From the NCBI GenBank assembly GCA_045533905.1, contig JAZSIR010000003.1:64001-128000 (forward strand): 64,000 nt of DNA. Reading direction: 5' to 3'. Made by a program: the position numbers and the translations under genes. This DNA is from Clostridia bacterium (GTDB lineage: Bacteria > Bacillota > Clostridia > UMGS1883 > UMGS1540). Numbering within the stretch: the first letter of the stretch is position 1; the number at the start of each line of letters is the position of its first letter. Positions 19,591 through 30,340 of the stretch are shown here, piece after piece. The notes beneath the pieces are model-generated. The model was not told the origin of the DNA and did no database searches. It was given only the letters and a program-made list of their open reading frames with translations.

Positions 19591-21179
19591 AGCTCCACCT
19601 GCCCTTCAAAAACGTTGTTCTCAAGAACGAGAGTTTTTACGGGCGCTTCCTTACAGATGGCATCTTCCTCGCGCTTTACAAACACATTATTTTGTATCGT
19701 GATCGCCCGGTGCTGCCGGTTTGCACGCTCCGGTCTGCAGCTGTGAATCTGAATATTTTTATATGCCGTGCCGCCAAATACGTTGCCTTCTATCAGAACA
19801 TTTTCCACCGCGCCGCCTTCGGCCCAGAAGGTGAACAAATCGTCAATATATATATCCGCATTCCGAAGGGAGAGTGTATTGTTTTTGATGACCATATTTT
19901 TCGAGGAGAGGCGCATATGGGGGCAATCGGTGATCTTGTTGTTTTCGATGTGCACCTCGGGCATACTGCTTCTGTTTTCCACAATCATTCCTTTCAGAAT
20001 GGGCGCGTCTTCTTCCAGTGTAACTAAAATGGCATCGCGTGTTTCTGCATCGAAGGTGAAGGCTTTCACTTTGGCCGTACACACCTCGTGCATCGATTCG
20101 GGGTCCGAGAAATAGAGAACATCGCCCTCGCGGAGCGGTACAATGCCCCGGTGTGCGGCGTGGAAGGTGTGCGCGAGTTCTATGCGGTTTTTATCGGGCA
20201 CATGTATAACTTCCATATAAAAGCCGTGGATGTTCATAGCATCGTCATATGTGCTTCGAATCTCGGAATTTCGGAGCACAAACCGGCCTCTGCAATTGGT
20301 AAGGAAAACGCCATCGGCGGTGGTGGGGTAGTATTCGTGCCTTTCCGGCCGGGTTTTAATCTGCAGATTGTCAATCGTGATATCTTCGCACACATCGGCA
20401 ACAAAGCCCATGCCGCCTTGCCTGTAAATCCGCACATTCTCAAGGCGGATGTTTTTCGAGTTTTCACAGAAGAACGCCTGCGTCTCGCGGTCATTGTCAT
20501 AGGCAAAGCATAAAAGATCGCCCGGGAGAAAGGCGGCCTTTCGCGTATCGCCGATGTATTTGATATACACCCTTCCGTCCCCGCGCTCTTCCGCACAAAA
20601 TAAAACATTCGGCGCGGCCTGATTCCGTGGCACATCTGTCGCATTTTCCGAATATAAAAATACAATGCCGGCTTCTTTTCGGTTGATTGCTTTGGTACTG
20701 ATTTTGAGGTCCTTCGTCGAAAGATGCTCACTGCCGCAGGCAAAAACAATATCTCCGCTTACAATCGTATAGTCAAAAAGGGAACGGTCGAGAAAAATTT
20801 CAAAACCTTCCGCATCGGCAGAGCGAACCTCGGCGAAGGCATAGCGCAGGAAAGAAAAATCAATGCTGAAATTTTTAAGCGTCACGTTTTCGCACGCCTG
20901 CACAAAAAACGGCTGTATCCGGTCGCAAAAGACAAAGTCCGCACCGCCGCCGTCGATGGTGATGTTCTTGGCGCTTATAAGCGGAAAGGCCGTTTTTTTC
21001 GGCCGGCCGTCGCAAAAACTGGAACCGGAGGCGAAAATCGGATATGCACCGCATCCGTCTGCACCGATGTGGTATGTACTCTTTTCAAATTCGATTACGG
21101 TTTCCGCGGCATCGCCTGCAGTTTTCAGAATTTCGGCAAGGTGCTTTGTAAGATTTTTGGTATTCGCGTGGATTTGCAT
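19587..21179 (-). CDS. GH110-like alpha-galactosidase (parallel beta-helix)
   Basis: NITIDGGG, ADGVFLTNCRG, YDDAMNIHG. Confidence 0.7.
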   Translation of the reverse strand: MQIHANTKNLTKHLAEILKTAGDAAETVIEFEKSTYHIGADGCGAYPIFASGSSFCDGRPKKTAFPLISAKNITIDGGGADFVFCDRIQPFFVQACENVTLKNFSIDFSFLRYAFAEVRSADAEGFEIFLDRSLFDYTIVSGDIVFACGSEHLSTKDLKISTKAINRKEAGIVFLYSENATDVPRNQAAPNVLFCAEERGDGRVYIKYIGDTRKAAFLPGDLLCFAYDNDRETQAFFCENSKNIRLENVRIYRQGGMGFVADVCEDITIDNLQIKTRPERHEYYPTTADGVFLTNCRGRFVLRNSEIRSTYDDAMNIHGFYMEVIHVPDKNRIELAHTFHAAHRGIVPLREGDVLYFSDPESMHEVCTAKVKAFTFDAETRDAILVTLEEDAPILKGMIVENRSSMPEVHIENNKITDCPHMRLSSKNMVIKNNTLSLRNADIYIDDLFTFWAEGGAVENVLIEGNVFGGTAYKNIQIHSCRPERANRQHRAITIQNNVFVKREEDAICKEAPVKTLVLENNVFEGQVEL

Positions 21180-21309
21180 ATGGTTTTTCAAACAACCACT
21201 TCCCATATATAATGTTGACATCTCTATAGTTTTATTATATAATAAATGCAAAGGAATACAATAGACAATTTGATAAATTTGTATGGTATTCGCTTATTCG
21301 GAGGGTTTT

Positions 21310-22050
21310 ATGGAAGATATACGTTTTGACGGCGTACTGCACACAAGAATCCGTAGCGTCGAGTACATCAGTGTAAACCGGAACCGGGGTTTTTCCTTTG
21401 GCTTCCGGGAGGGGAAGCCAAACCACACCTTTTTGTATCTCGAAAGCGGGAAAATGGAATACGACTTTGGGGAAGAGAAGATAGGCGTTCTGGCAGGGGA
21501 GTTTTTATACATTCCGCGGCAGCTGCCGTATACGGCCACGTATCTCCAAAACGGCACCACCACCAAAACGATTGTGTTCTCGGTAGAGGAGGAAGCGTTT
21601 TCGGTGATGGAGAAGCCCTTCCTCCGGAAAAGCCTTGCCATTTCGGCGGTGTTTGATTCGATTACGCCGGAAAAGATGCGAAATACGGTGTTTTTATTTG
21701 CCAAGGCGTATGAGCTCATTTATCTTCTGGAAAATGAAAAAATGAATATCCCCGAAAAATACAAGCAGATTCTGCCCGCCATAGAAGAAATGAACCGCAA
21801 ATATTTTGAAAACCGGAAAATGACATACTATGCAAGCCTTTCACATATGAGCGAATCTAACTTCCGCAAGCTTTTCAAGGAGTATACCGGTAAAACACCG
21901 ATTGAATACCGCAATCTCGTCCGCCTTGCCGAAGTGAAAAAAATGCTTGCAAGTGGAGAGTTTACCGTAGCCGAAGCGGCGTATGCGGCCGGATTTAACA
22001 ATATGTCCTTCTTTTATGAGGTCTATAACCGCGCGAAAAAGGAAATGTAA
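21310..22050 (+). CDS. AraC family transcriptional regulator
   Basis: MSESNFRKLFKEYTGKTPIEYR..AAGFNNMSFF; divergent from the GH operon. Confidence 0.9.
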   Translation: MEDIRFDGVLHTRIRSVEYISVNRNRGFSFGFREGKPNHTFLYLESGKMEYDFGEEKIGVLAGEFLYIPRQLPYTATYLQNGTTTKTIVFSVEEEAFSVMEKPFLRKSLAISAVFDSITPEKMRNTVFLFAKAYELIYLLENEKMNIPEKYKQILPAIEEMNRKYFENRKMTYYASLSHMSESNFRKLFKEYTGKTPIEYRNLVRLAEVKKMLASGEFTVAEAAYAAGFNNMSFFYEVYNRAKKEM

Positions 22051-22128
22051 AAAAGTCCGGATTGCAAAAAGGCAATTACAGTTTTTCTTGTTTTTATGCC
22101 CTTCTGTTTCTTTTTTTCCTATTCCCCC
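22041..22128 (+). repeat. Dispersed MITE-like element copy 2 (short); supplies the AraC stop codon
   Basis: GGAAATGTAAAAAAGTCCGGATTGCAAAAAGGCAA ... TGTTTTTATGCC..TTTTTTTCCTATTCCCC. Confidence 0.55.
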
Positions 22129-22136
22129 AAAAACTA

Positions 22137-22175
22137 AAAGGGACTGTAAAAACTTAGTTTTTACAGTCCCTTTTT
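22137..22175. terminator. Bidirectional terminator palindrome
   Basis: AAAAGGGACTGTAAAAACT-T-AGTTTTTACAGTCCCTTTT. Confidence 0.8.
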
Positions 22176-22186
22176 CTGATTCACCG

Positions 22187-24016
22187 TCAGTTCGGCTGGT
22201 ATTTATACGTGGGAACAACTTCGGAAATAATTTTCTTTACGGATTCTGTATCTGCAGAAAGTGCGCTTTCAAGTTTCGCGAGCTTTTCCTGCAGAACCTC
22301 GGGGCTTATATCGAGCGGCTGGCCGACGAAAATTTTGCTGTGTGCCGTCTTGGTGAGACCTTCCTCCGCCATCAGAAGCTCTTCGTAAAGCTTCTCGCCG
22401 GGACGAAGACCGGTAAACTCAATTTCGATATCCTTTCCGGGGCGGTAGCCGGAAAGACGGATCATCTTTTCCGCAAGCTCACAGATGCGGACAGGGCTTC
22501 CCATATCGAGAACGAAAATTTCGCCGCCCTTTGCATATGCGGCCGCCTGCAGTACAAGCTGCGCGGCTTCCGGAATGGTCATAAAGAAGCGGGTGATTTC
22601 GGGGTGTGTTACCGTTACGGGGCCGCCGGCCATAATCTGTTTCCGAAAACGCGGGATTACGGAGCCGTTGGAGCCGAGAACATTGCCGAAGCGAACGGCC
22701 ACAAATTCGGTTTTGCTATGCCCGCGCTTCGACTGCACAATCATTTCGCACATACGCTTTGTAGCGCCCATTACATTCGTGGGATTTACCGCTTTGTCGG
22801 TAGAAATCATAACGAAGCGGCGCACGCCGAATTCTTCAGCACACTGCACAGTGTTATATGTGCCGAACACGTTATTTTTAATTGCTTCCGCAGGGCTGTC
22901 TTCCATCAGCGGCACATGCTTATGGGCGGCCGCGTGGAACACAATTTCCGGGCGGTGTGTTTCAAAAATTTTTGCAAGCCTTGCGCGGTCACGTACAGAA
23001 GCAATCAGAACGCGAAGGTCAAGATTCGGATATTTTTCAGAAAGCTCGTTCTGGAATTCATAGGTGGTATTTTCATAAATATCCACGATGACAAGTCTGC
23101 GCGGGGAGTATTTTGCAATTTGCCGGCAAAGCTCGCTGCCGATGGAACCACCGCCACCCGTTACCAGAACGACCTTATCGTAGATTTCCTGCTGCAAAAG
23201 CTGATTGTCGAGCGTAATCGGGTCACGCTCGAGTAAGTCTTCAATGGCTACCTCGCGCATCTGCATAAGGGTACTCTTGCCGTGAAGCAAGGCCTCCATA
23301 CCGGGGAGAATCTGCACCTTTTTGCCGGTGGAACTGCAAATATCCAGGATTTCTGTTTTGTCCTTCGGCGAAACATCATAAATGGCAAAGATAATTTCTT
23401 CCACATTTTCTGCCTTTACGATTTCCGGAATATCCTCACGTGTGCCGAGCACCCGGGTGCCGTATACACGCTGGTGGAGCTTCATCATACTGTCATCGAT
23501 AAGGCCTACCACGCGGTAGTTAAGCCTATCACTTTCTTTGATATCGCGGAGAAGTGAAACGGCAAGTTTCCCTGCACCGATAATCAGAACGCGTTTACCG
23601 CCCTTGCCGCCGCGCCCGCTTACAAGCTTACACAAAAAGCGGATGCCGAGGCGGAAGGCTGCGATCAGCATCGTAATATCTATGGCCGCTGTGAAATTCA
23701 GCTTCGGATAGAATATACCGTCTGCCAAAAAGAGACCGGATAAAATCGTAGCTACACCTGCCACGGCGCATGCAAATAAAAGGCGCATATATTCCGATAT
23801 ACTGGCAAAGAGCCAGTCCACCTGATAAATATGAAACGCCGACAGAGAGGCCAGATAGAAAACGGAAGCAACACAAATTACGGGAAGCCCTTTTGTGAAG
23901 TACCAGCCAAACTCAGCGAGCGGGAAAATGCTTATCAGGACGAATATATACGCGAAGAAGCATAAAAGAATATCGATGGGAAAAACGTAGCGATTTCGTA
24001 TGTTTAATTTAATCAT
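22187..24016 (-). CDS. CapD/PglF-like nucleoside-diphosphate sugar 4,6-dehydratase
   Basis: N-terminal TM helices, TGGGGSIGSEL, HAAAHKHVP, STDKAVNP, VRFGNVLGS. Confidence 0.92.
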   Translation of the reverse strand: MIKLNIRNRYVFPIDILLCFFAYIFVLISIFPLAEFGWYFTKGLPVICVASVFYLASLSAFHIYQVDWLFASISEYMRLLFACAVAGVATILSGLFLADGIFYPKLNFTAAIDITMLIAAFRLGIRFLCKLVSGRGGKGGKRVLIIGAGKLAVSLLRDIKESDRLNYRVVGLIDDSMMKLHQRVYGTRVLGTREDIPEIVKAENVEEIIFAIYDVSPKDKTEILDICSSTGKKVQILPGMEALLHGKSTLMQMREVAIEDLLERDPITLDNQLLQQEIYDKVVLVTGGGGSIGSELCRQIAKYSPRRLVIVDIYENTTYEFQNELSEKYPNLDLRVLIASVRDRARLAKIFETHRPEIVFHAAAHKHVPLMEDSPAEAIKNNVFGTYNTVQCAEEFGVRRFVMISTDKAVNPTNVMGATKRMCEMIVQSKRGHSKTEFVAVRFGNVLGSNGSVIPRFRKQIMAGGPVTVTHPEITRFFMTIPEAAQLVLQAAAYAKGGEIFVLDMGSPVRICELAEKMIRLSGYRPGKDIEIEFTGLRPGEKLYEELLMAEEGLTKTAHSKIFVGQPLDISPEVLQEKLAKLESALSADTESVKKIISEVVPTYKYQPN

Positions 24017-24726
24017 ACAGGTTCACATCTCCTTGTGCTCATCATAGAATTCGCGCGTTCGGTAAAGAGGGCATCCGCCTCTTTCGGAAATCTTCTGTGC
24101 ACATAGCGGAAGGCCTTCTGCATTCCGCATTTTCGGGTAGTGGTATTATGCATATCGCTGGAAAAAATAAGGGGTACGCCCGAGGAAAGCATCTTTTTTA
24201 GAAATCTTCTTCCGCGGAAGGAGGAAGCGATGCCTGCATTGAGCTGATAGGTAACGGGAAGCCCCCGAAGATCTGCCATAATACGGTCAGCCTGCGCATA
24301 TCGTTCGATATGGGCCATAACCGGCAGGAACCCTTTCAGGGTGAGGGAATATATCCATTCACTCCATTCGGGGTTATATCTTGTGAAAGGAAGCTCTAAA
24401 AGCATATACGGAGAATCGCCTATGCAAATCTTGTCTATGCCGGGCATATCGTGAATGGCCTGATCGAAAAACAATTCCGCACCGAGGAGAAGCTCGGGAA
24501 GCGGCAGGGCACTTTCTTCCATAGCTGCCCGAAGCAAAGAAACACTTTTTTCGCGGCGCTCCCAAAAGAGCTCCAGCGCATTTTCTTTATGCAGAATCAG
24601 GTGCGGGGTGGCGGCCACAGTGCGAACGCCCTGCTTATAGGCGTCAGAAAGCATCTCAAGGCTTTCGGACACACTCCGGGCGCCGTCATCTATACCGGGA
24701 AGAATATGTGTATGTAAATCAAGCAT
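24013..24726 (-). CDS. cpsB: CpsB/CapC PHP-family tyrosine phosphatase
   Basis: DLHTHILPGIDDGA, ATPH, AHIERY, SDMH. Confidence 0.9.
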   Translation of the reverse strand: MLDLHTHILPGIDDGARSVSESLEMLSDAYKQGVRTVAATPHLILHKENALELFWERREKSVSLLRAAMEESALPLPELLLGAELFFDQAIHDMPGIDKICIGDSPYMLLELPFTRYNPEWSEWIYSLTLKGFLPVMAHIERYAQADRIMADLRGLPVTYQLNAGIASSFRGRRFLKKMLSSGVPLIFSSDMHNTTTRKCGMQKAFRYVHRRFPKEADALFTERANSMMSTRRCEPV

Positions 24727-24731
24727 TCAAA

Positions 24732-25502
24732 TCACTTCTTTTTTGCGGCGTTTTCAATTTCCTCTTCTCTGTCATCGCCGTAGTATGCGGCGCGGGAACG
24801 ATAATTCCGCCGGTAATAGCCGTATGTACGGGAAGCACTTTCACTGCCGACCATAATGGCACCGAGAATTTTGGCACCGGCTTTCGCTACCGTTTCCATC
24901 GTTTCGTCCAGTGCATCATACTGGGTAACATTCTCACGGATAACGAGCACCACGCCCGTTGCATACTTCATAGCAATTGCGGCGTCGGTAACTACCGTGA
25001 TTGGCGGCGTGTCTATAAAAATATAATCATATCTTTCGCGAAGCGTGTCAAGAAGCTTTGCAAACTCTTCTGTTTCCAGAAGCTCGGCGGGGTTCGGGGG
25101 GATGGTGCCTGCCGTCATACAGTCGAGATTTTCTCTTACATTCTTCTTGATGGCTGTTTCAAGGTCAGTAAACCCGCAAAGGACATTCGAAACGCCTTCT
25201 GCTCTTTCAAGACCTAAATATTTGTGCACTCTGGCCTTGCGCAGGTCACAGTCCACGACAATAACCTTCGCACCGGTCTGCGCAAACGTGATGGCGAGAT
25301 TGATGTTCGTAGTGGATTTGCCTTCGCCGGGGGTAGCGCTCGTAACGACGATAACCTTACCCTTATCCGACTTCGGCATCGAGAACATAACACTTGTACG
25401 GATGGCTTTATACGTTTCCACCGTATTGAAGTTGGAGGCGTCGGAGAGAATGCGGTCTGTTGCAAGAACTTCAGTCTGGTTTTTCTTCTTGAATATCATC
25501 AT
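24732..25502 (-). CDS. cpsD: CpsD/CapB BY-kinase
   Basis: PGEGKST, VVDCDLR, IDTPP, C-terminal Tyr cluster. Confidence 0.92.
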   Translation of the reverse strand: MMIFKKKNQTEVLATDRILSDASNFNTVETYKAIRTSVMFSMPKSDKGKVIVVTSATPGEGKSTTNINLAITFAQTGAKVIVVDCDLRKARVHKYLGLERAEGVSNVLCGFTDLETAIKKNVRENLDCMTAGTIPPNPAELLETEEFAKLLDTLRERYDYIFIDTPPITVVTDAAIAMKYATGVVLVIRENVTQYDALDETMETVAKAGAKILGAIMVGSESASRTYGYYRRNYRSRAAYYGDDREEEIENAAKKK

Positions 25503-25511
25503 TTTCCCTCC

Positions 25512-26198
25512 TTACTGTGCTACGTTGCCTAAGATGGAGATGCCGTAGCGCTTTTCCACATCTTCGCCACGGTGTACAGTCTTATCAAAATAGTTCCGCA
25601 AAAATACCAGAACAAAGGCAAGCCCGGCGCCAATAATAAAGCCGAGAAGGGCGCTTCTTGTCTTATTTGTGCCGAGCGGTGTGGATTCTTCACCTACGGG
25701 GTCTACTACAACAACATAGCCGCCGTTCAGCACATTTTTGAGCTTGTCGGGCGCTTTGTTCAGAATCGCCATCGCGATGTTGCGGGCATCCTCAGGATTG
25801 GAATTTATAACGGAAACGGACAGAAGCTCCGTGTCATTTACAGAGGAAACGGAAGTCATAGAGCGGATGGCCTTCCAGCTGTAGTAGCCGCCGGTGGCTT
25901 CGCTGACATCGTTCAGAAACGAGCGGGAGCGGAGAACTTCTATGTACACTTCACCAAGAGCGCGGGAAGTAAAAATATCACTCTGGTCAATCGTGTCGCC
26001 TGCAAGTACGGCTGTTTTGTTGCTGACGTAGAGCAGGCCGTCTGCCTTATAGCGCGGTGCGGTGAAGAAGGCAGTTCTTACAAACATAAACACTGCGAAG
26101 AGGACAGCAAGTCCCGCAATGAAAAATTTATTTGCCCAGACGAGATAAAAAAGATCTGTGATAGCGAATTCTTTGTTATTCTGGTTCAAAGGTTTCAC
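25512..26198 (-). CDS. cpsC: CpsC/CapA (Wzz-like) chain-length regulator
   Basis: Two TM segments, P.Y.A motif, DKTV...DVEKRYGISILG. Confidence 0.88.
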   Translation of the reverse strand: MKPLNQNNKEFAITDLFYLVWANKFFIAGLAVLFAVFMFVRTAFFTAPRYKADGLLYVSNKTAVLAGDTIDQSDIFTSRALGEVYIEVLRSRSFLNDVSEATGGYYSWKAIRSMTSVSSVNDTELLSVSVINSNPEDARNIAMAILNKAPDKLKNVLNGGYVVVVDPVGEESTPLGTNKTRSALLGFIIGAGLAFVLVFLRNYFDKTVHRGEDVEKRYGISILGNVAQ

Positions 26199-26363
26199 TC
26201 CCCATTTTGATAATTATATAAAGAAGTATATCAAAAAAACCGCGGAGTGTCAAGGATTTTCGAAAAAGAAACTTTGCCCCTCCGGCGGCAAAAACCGAAA
26301 AATCTTGCGCATTCGGAAAAAATGTGCTACAATAGAAAAAATAAGGAAAGAAGGAATGTACGG

Positions 26364-27239
26364 ATGAAATTAACAGAACTTTTTAAGGATGATGCTCTGC
26401 ATCTGTCTTTTGAGGTGTTTCCGCCAAAGACGGATTCGGCTTTTGACTCGGTCAAATCTGCCACGGAAGAGATTGCAAAGCTTCGTCCTTCCTTTATGAG
26501 CGTTACCTACGGCGCCGGCGGTGGCACAAGCCGCTATACGCTTGAGATTGCCAAAAACATCAAGGCGCAGTATGGCGTGCCGACACTGGCGCATCTTACG
26601 TGTGTATCGTCCACGCGCGAAACGGTGCAGGAAAAAATCCGCGAGATGCGCGAGGCGGGCATTGAAAACGTAATGGCGCTTCGCGGGGACCTTACGCCCG
26701 AGCTTTTAGAGAGCGACAGAAGCGGATGGGCCTATCGCCATGCGACAGACCTCATTTGCGATATCCGCGAAGGCGGCGCCGATTTCTGCATCGGTGCGGC
26801 CTGCTACCCGGAGGTGCACCCCGAAAGCGAAAACCAGAAAGAGGATATCCGTTACCTCAAAGAAAAAGTGGATGCCGGATGTTCGTTCCTTACGACACAG
26901 ATGTTTTTTGATAATAATCTTCTGTATAATTTTCTCTATAAAATCCGTGAGGCCGGCATTTCCGTGCCTGTGATTCCCGGCATTATGCCGATCACAAATG
27001 CAAAGCAGGTGGAGCGCGCACTTACGCTTTCCGGCTCCTTTGTGCCCCAGCGGTTTAAGAGCCTTGTCGATAAATTCGGACATTCGCCGCTTGCTATGCG
27101 CGATGCGGGCATCGCCTACGCGACCGACCAGATTATTGACCTTTTTGCAAACGGTATCCAGAACGTACATGTATATTCTATGAACAAGCCGGAGGTTGCC
27201 GAGAAAATTCAGAGCAATCTGTCTGCGATTTTAGGATAA
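26364..27239 (+). CDS. metF: 5,10-methylenetetrahydrofolate reductase
   Basis: SFEVFPPK, SVTYGAGG, AHLTC, ALRGD, TQMFFD. Confidence 0.95.
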   Translation: MKLTELFKDDALHLSFEVFPPKTDSAFDSVKSATEEIAKLRPSFMSVTYGAGGGTSRYTLEIAKNIKAQYGVPTLAHLTCVSSTRETVQEKIREMREAGIENVMALRGDLTPELLESDRSGWAYRHATDLICDIREGGADFCIGAACYPEVHPESENQKEDIRYLKEKVDAGCSFLTTQMFFDNNLLYNFLYKIREAGISVPVIPGIMPITNAKQVERALTLSGSFVPQRFKSLVDKFGHSPLAMRDAGIAYATDQIIDLFANGIQNVHVYSMNKPEVAEKIQSNLSAILG

Positions 27240-27240
27240 T

Positions 27241-27909
27241 ATGGAAACGATTGTATATACAAAAACTTTTCCGGCGCCGCCCATCGGGCACGAAGAAATT
27301 CTTCGCTACGCCGGCGCGGCGGAGAAAGATAAGGAAATCATAGAGGCGTGCCTTTCGGAAGTGCTTCCGAAGCTTTCGTATAAGGTTTGCTATATGGAGC
27401 TTCCCGCGCTCCATACGGAAGACGGTGTAAGCCTTGGCGCTTTTGCACTTTCCGGCGAAACCGCAAAAAAGCACCTTGCAGGTTGTCATACGGCCATTGT
27501 ATTTGCTGCTACAATCGGCATAGAAATGGACAGGCACATTGCAAAATACGGCAGGTTGTCTCCTTCAAAAGCACTTTTTATGCAGGCCATAGGCGCAGAA
27601 CGCATCGAAAGCCTTTGCGATGCATTTTCGAAAGAGATGGAAACGGAATACGCGGCAAAAGGCGCATACACGCGCCCGCGCTTCAGTCCCGGGTATGGAG
27701 ACCTGCCGCTTTCCGTGCAGGGAGATATATTCGCGGTCCTTTCGCCTCACCGCAAAATCGGCCTTTCATTAAATGAAAGCCTTCTGATGTCGCCCACAAA
27801 ATCGGTGACGGCGTTCATCGGCGTTTCAAAAACGGCATGTGCGGGCGAAGAAGAGCACAACTGCATAATTTGTGGGAAGAAGGACTGTGCATACAGGAGA
27901 GACGTATGA
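27241..27909 (+). CDS. Stand-alone B12-methionine synthase activation (AdoMet-binding) domain
   Basis: FAATIG, RFSPGYGDLPL, MSPTKSVTAFIG. Confidence 0.88.
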   Translation: METIVYTKTFPAPPIGHEEILRYAGAAEKDKEIIEACLSEVLPKLSYKVCYMELPALHTEDGVSLGAFALSGETAKKHLAGCHTAIVFAATIGIEMDRHIAKYGRLSPSKALFMQAIGAERIESLCDAFSKEMETEYAAKGAYTRPRFSPGYGDLPLSVQGDIFAVLSPHRKIGLSLNESLLMSPTKSVTAFIGVSKTACAGEEEHNCIICGKKDCAYRRDV

Positions 27910-30305
27910 ATATTTTAGAGTATCTGAAAGAAAATATTGTATTTTTGGATGGCGGCACAGGCACGCTCTTGCAGGAAGCAGGGCTTCGCCCGGGGGAAAA
28001 GCCTGAAACCTGGAACCTTTCGCATCCTGATGTGGTGAAGAATATCCACAAAGCGTACTATGATGCCGGCAGTAATATCGTAAGCGCCAACACCTTCGGC
28101 GCAAACCTTCTGAAGTTTTCGGAGGCGGAGCTTGAAGAAGTCATCCGTGCGGCGATGGAAAATGTAAAAGCAGCCAGGGATGAAAGCTGCGGCACACAGG
28201 AAAAATGGGTTGCCTTTGACATTGGCCCCACCGGCCGTATGCTCGCCCCGTACGGCGATTTCGATTTTGAAGAGGCCGTTTCTGTCTTTGCGGCGAGTGT
28301 GCGCCTTGCCGAAAAATACGGTGCTGAAATTCTGTTCATCCAGACGATGAATGATAGCTACGAAACAAAAGCCGCGGTTCTTGCGGCAAAAGAAAACAGC
28401 AGTCTCCCCGTTTTTGTAGGGAATGCCTACGGGGAGGACGGCAAGCTTATGACGGGTGCATCCCCCGCCGCGATGGTGGCGATGCTTGAGGGGATGGGTG
28501 CCGATGCCATCGGCGTCAACTGTTCGCTCGGGCCGCGTGCCCTTTCGGGCGTTATCGAGGAATATCTCGCGCACGCCTCGGTGCCCGTGCTTTTAAAACC
28601 GAATGCAGGCCTTCCGCGTGCTGAAAGCGGCAAAACGGTCTACGATGTCCTGCCGGAGGAATTTGCGAAAGAATCTGCAAAGCTTATAGAAAAAGGCGTT
28701 CGCATCGCAGGCGGCTGCTGCGGCACAACGCCTCTCTATATAGAAGAACTCATAAAAAAAGCAAAGCGTTTGAAACCCGCGGAAATCGTGCCGAAACGCG
28801 AAACCGTGGTTTCTTCCTACACCCATACCGTTTCGTTTGGCGACAGCCCCGTTTTAATCGGGGAGCGCATTAATCCCACAGGGAAAAAGCGGTTCAAGGA
28901 AGCGCTCCTTCGGGGGGATATGGAATATATTCTCCGCGAAGGCGTAGCACAGAAAGAACGCGGGGTGCACATTCTGGATGTGAATGTGGGGCTTCCCGAA
29001 ATTGACGAAGTATCTATGCTGCGCCGCGCCGTGTGCGAGCTGCAGGCGATTCTCGATTTGCCGCTCCAGATTGATTCGTCCGATCCCGTCGCGTTGGAAA
29101 CTGCGCTTCGCCGCTATAACGGCAAAGCAATGGTCAATTCCGTAAACGGAAAAGAGGAGAGTATGGTGGCGGTATTTCCGCTCGTGAAAAAATACGGCGG
29201 CGTGGTGGTAGCGCTCACGCTTGACGAGGATGGCATCCCCGAAAAAGCGGAAGGTCGCCTCAAAATTGCGGAACGGATTCTGGCCACGGCGAAAAAATAC
29301 GGTATCGACCAAAAGAATATCGTGTTTGACCCCCTCGCCCTTACAATAAGCGCCGATTCTTCTGCCGCGGTGGAAACGCTTCGCGCTGTGCAGCTTATCC
29401 GCTCGGCACTCGCCTGTCACACCTCGCTTGGGGTATCGAATGTGTCATTCGGGCTTCCTTCGCGCGAAATTATAAATTCAAATTTCTTTGCGCTTGCCCT
29501 CGCGCGTGGCCTTTCAGCGGCGATTATGAACCCGTATTCCGTGGAAATGATGAAAACGTATATGGCGTTTTGCGCGCTTATGGGCAAAGACGAAAACTGC
29601 GCCAATCTCATTGCATTTGCAGAGACGTTACCGAGGCAGGAGGCCGAAGCGCCCGCTTCGGCAAAAGCCGGTACGGCGACGGGTGCAACCGCGCTTTCCG
29701 ATGCCATCATAAAAGGCCTTCGGGATGCAGCGGCGTCCCTCGCCCGCGAGCTTCTCGAAAGCCGTGAGCCTCTCTCCGTTGTGCAGGAGGAAATTATCCC
29801 TGCGCTTGACACTGTGGGGCGCGGCTTTGAAGAAAAGACGGTATACCTTCCGCAGCTTCTTATGAGTGCGGAAGCGGCCAAGGCGGCCTTTGAAGAAGTG
29901 CGCGCGGCTTCCAAGAAAGAGGACGCGGCAGAAAAGTGCTCTGTTGTCATCGCCACCGTGCGCGGGGATATCCACGATATCGGCAAAAACATCGTAAAGC
30001 TCCTTCTTGAAAATTACGGCTTTTCCGTGTATGATTTAGGTAAGGATGTAAAGCCGGAGACGATTGTCGAAGAAGTAAAGAAACGGCAAGCGCCGCTTGT
30101 CGGCCTCAGTGCGCTGATGACGACGACGGTTCCCGCCATGGAAGAAACGATACAGCTTCTTCGGAAGGAAGCGCCCGCTTGCCGCGTGGTCGTCGGCGGG
30201 GCGGTTCTCACAAAAGAATACGCCGAGGCTATCGGCGCCGACCGCTACGCGAAGGATGCGATGGAGTCGGTCCGCTATGCGGAAGAAATTTTTGCTTCTC
30301 TGTAA
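27906..30305 (+). CDS. metH: Cobalamin-dependent methionine synthase (Hcy, pterin and B12 domains)
   Basis: LDGGTGT, GVNC, GGCCGT, IGERINPTGK, GDIHDIGKN. Confidence 0.94.
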   Translation: MNILEYLKENIVFLDGGTGTLLQEAGLRPGEKPETWNLSHPDVVKNIHKAYYDAGSNIVSANTFGANLLKFSEAELEEVIRAAMENVKAARDESCGTQEKWVAFDIGPTGRMLAPYGDFDFEEAVSVFAASVRLAEKYGAEILFIQTMNDSYETKAAVLAAKENSSLPVFVGNAYGEDGKLMTGASPAAMVAMLEGMGADAIGVNCSLGPRALSGVIEEYLAHASVPVLLKPNAGLPRAESGKTVYDVLPEEFAKESAKLIEKGVRIAGGCCGTTPLYIEELIKKAKRLKPAEIVPKRETVVSSYTHTVSFGDSPVLIGERINPTGKKRFKEALLRGDMEYILREGVAQKERGVHILDVNVGLPEIDEVSMLRRAVCELQAILDLPLQIDSSDPVALETALRRYNGKAMVNSVNGKEESMVAVFPLVKKYGGVVVALTLDEDGIPEKAEGRLKIAERILATAKKYGIDQKNIVFDPLALTISADSSAAVETLRAVQLIRSALACHTSLGVSNVSFGLPSREIINSNFFALALARGLSAAIMNPYSVEMMKTYMAFCALMGKDENCANLIAFAETLPRQEAEAPASAKAGTATGATALSDAIIKGLRDAAASLARELLESREPLSVVQEEIIPALDTVGRGFEEKTVYLPQLLMSAEAAKAAFEEVRAASKKEDAAEKCSVVIATVRGDIHDIGKNIVKLLLENYGFSVYDLGKDVKPETIVEEVKKRQAPLVGLSALMTTTVPAMEETIQLLRKEAPACRVVVGGAVLTKEYAEAIGADRYAKDAMESVRYAEEIFASL

Positions 30306-30340
30306 TTTTTGGGGTCTGTAAACTCGGGTTTACGGGCCCT

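Noticed and set aside
21983-23236. 417-aa plus-strand ORF (also 9857-11008, 49758-50912, 59282-60355, 60825-62054)
   Set aside because: Antisense shadows of well-supported genes
26364-30305. Split MetH as a novelty; SAM riboswitch
   Set aside because: A separate activation domain is well known (Thermotoga, Clostridia); the leader is too short and has no S-box motif
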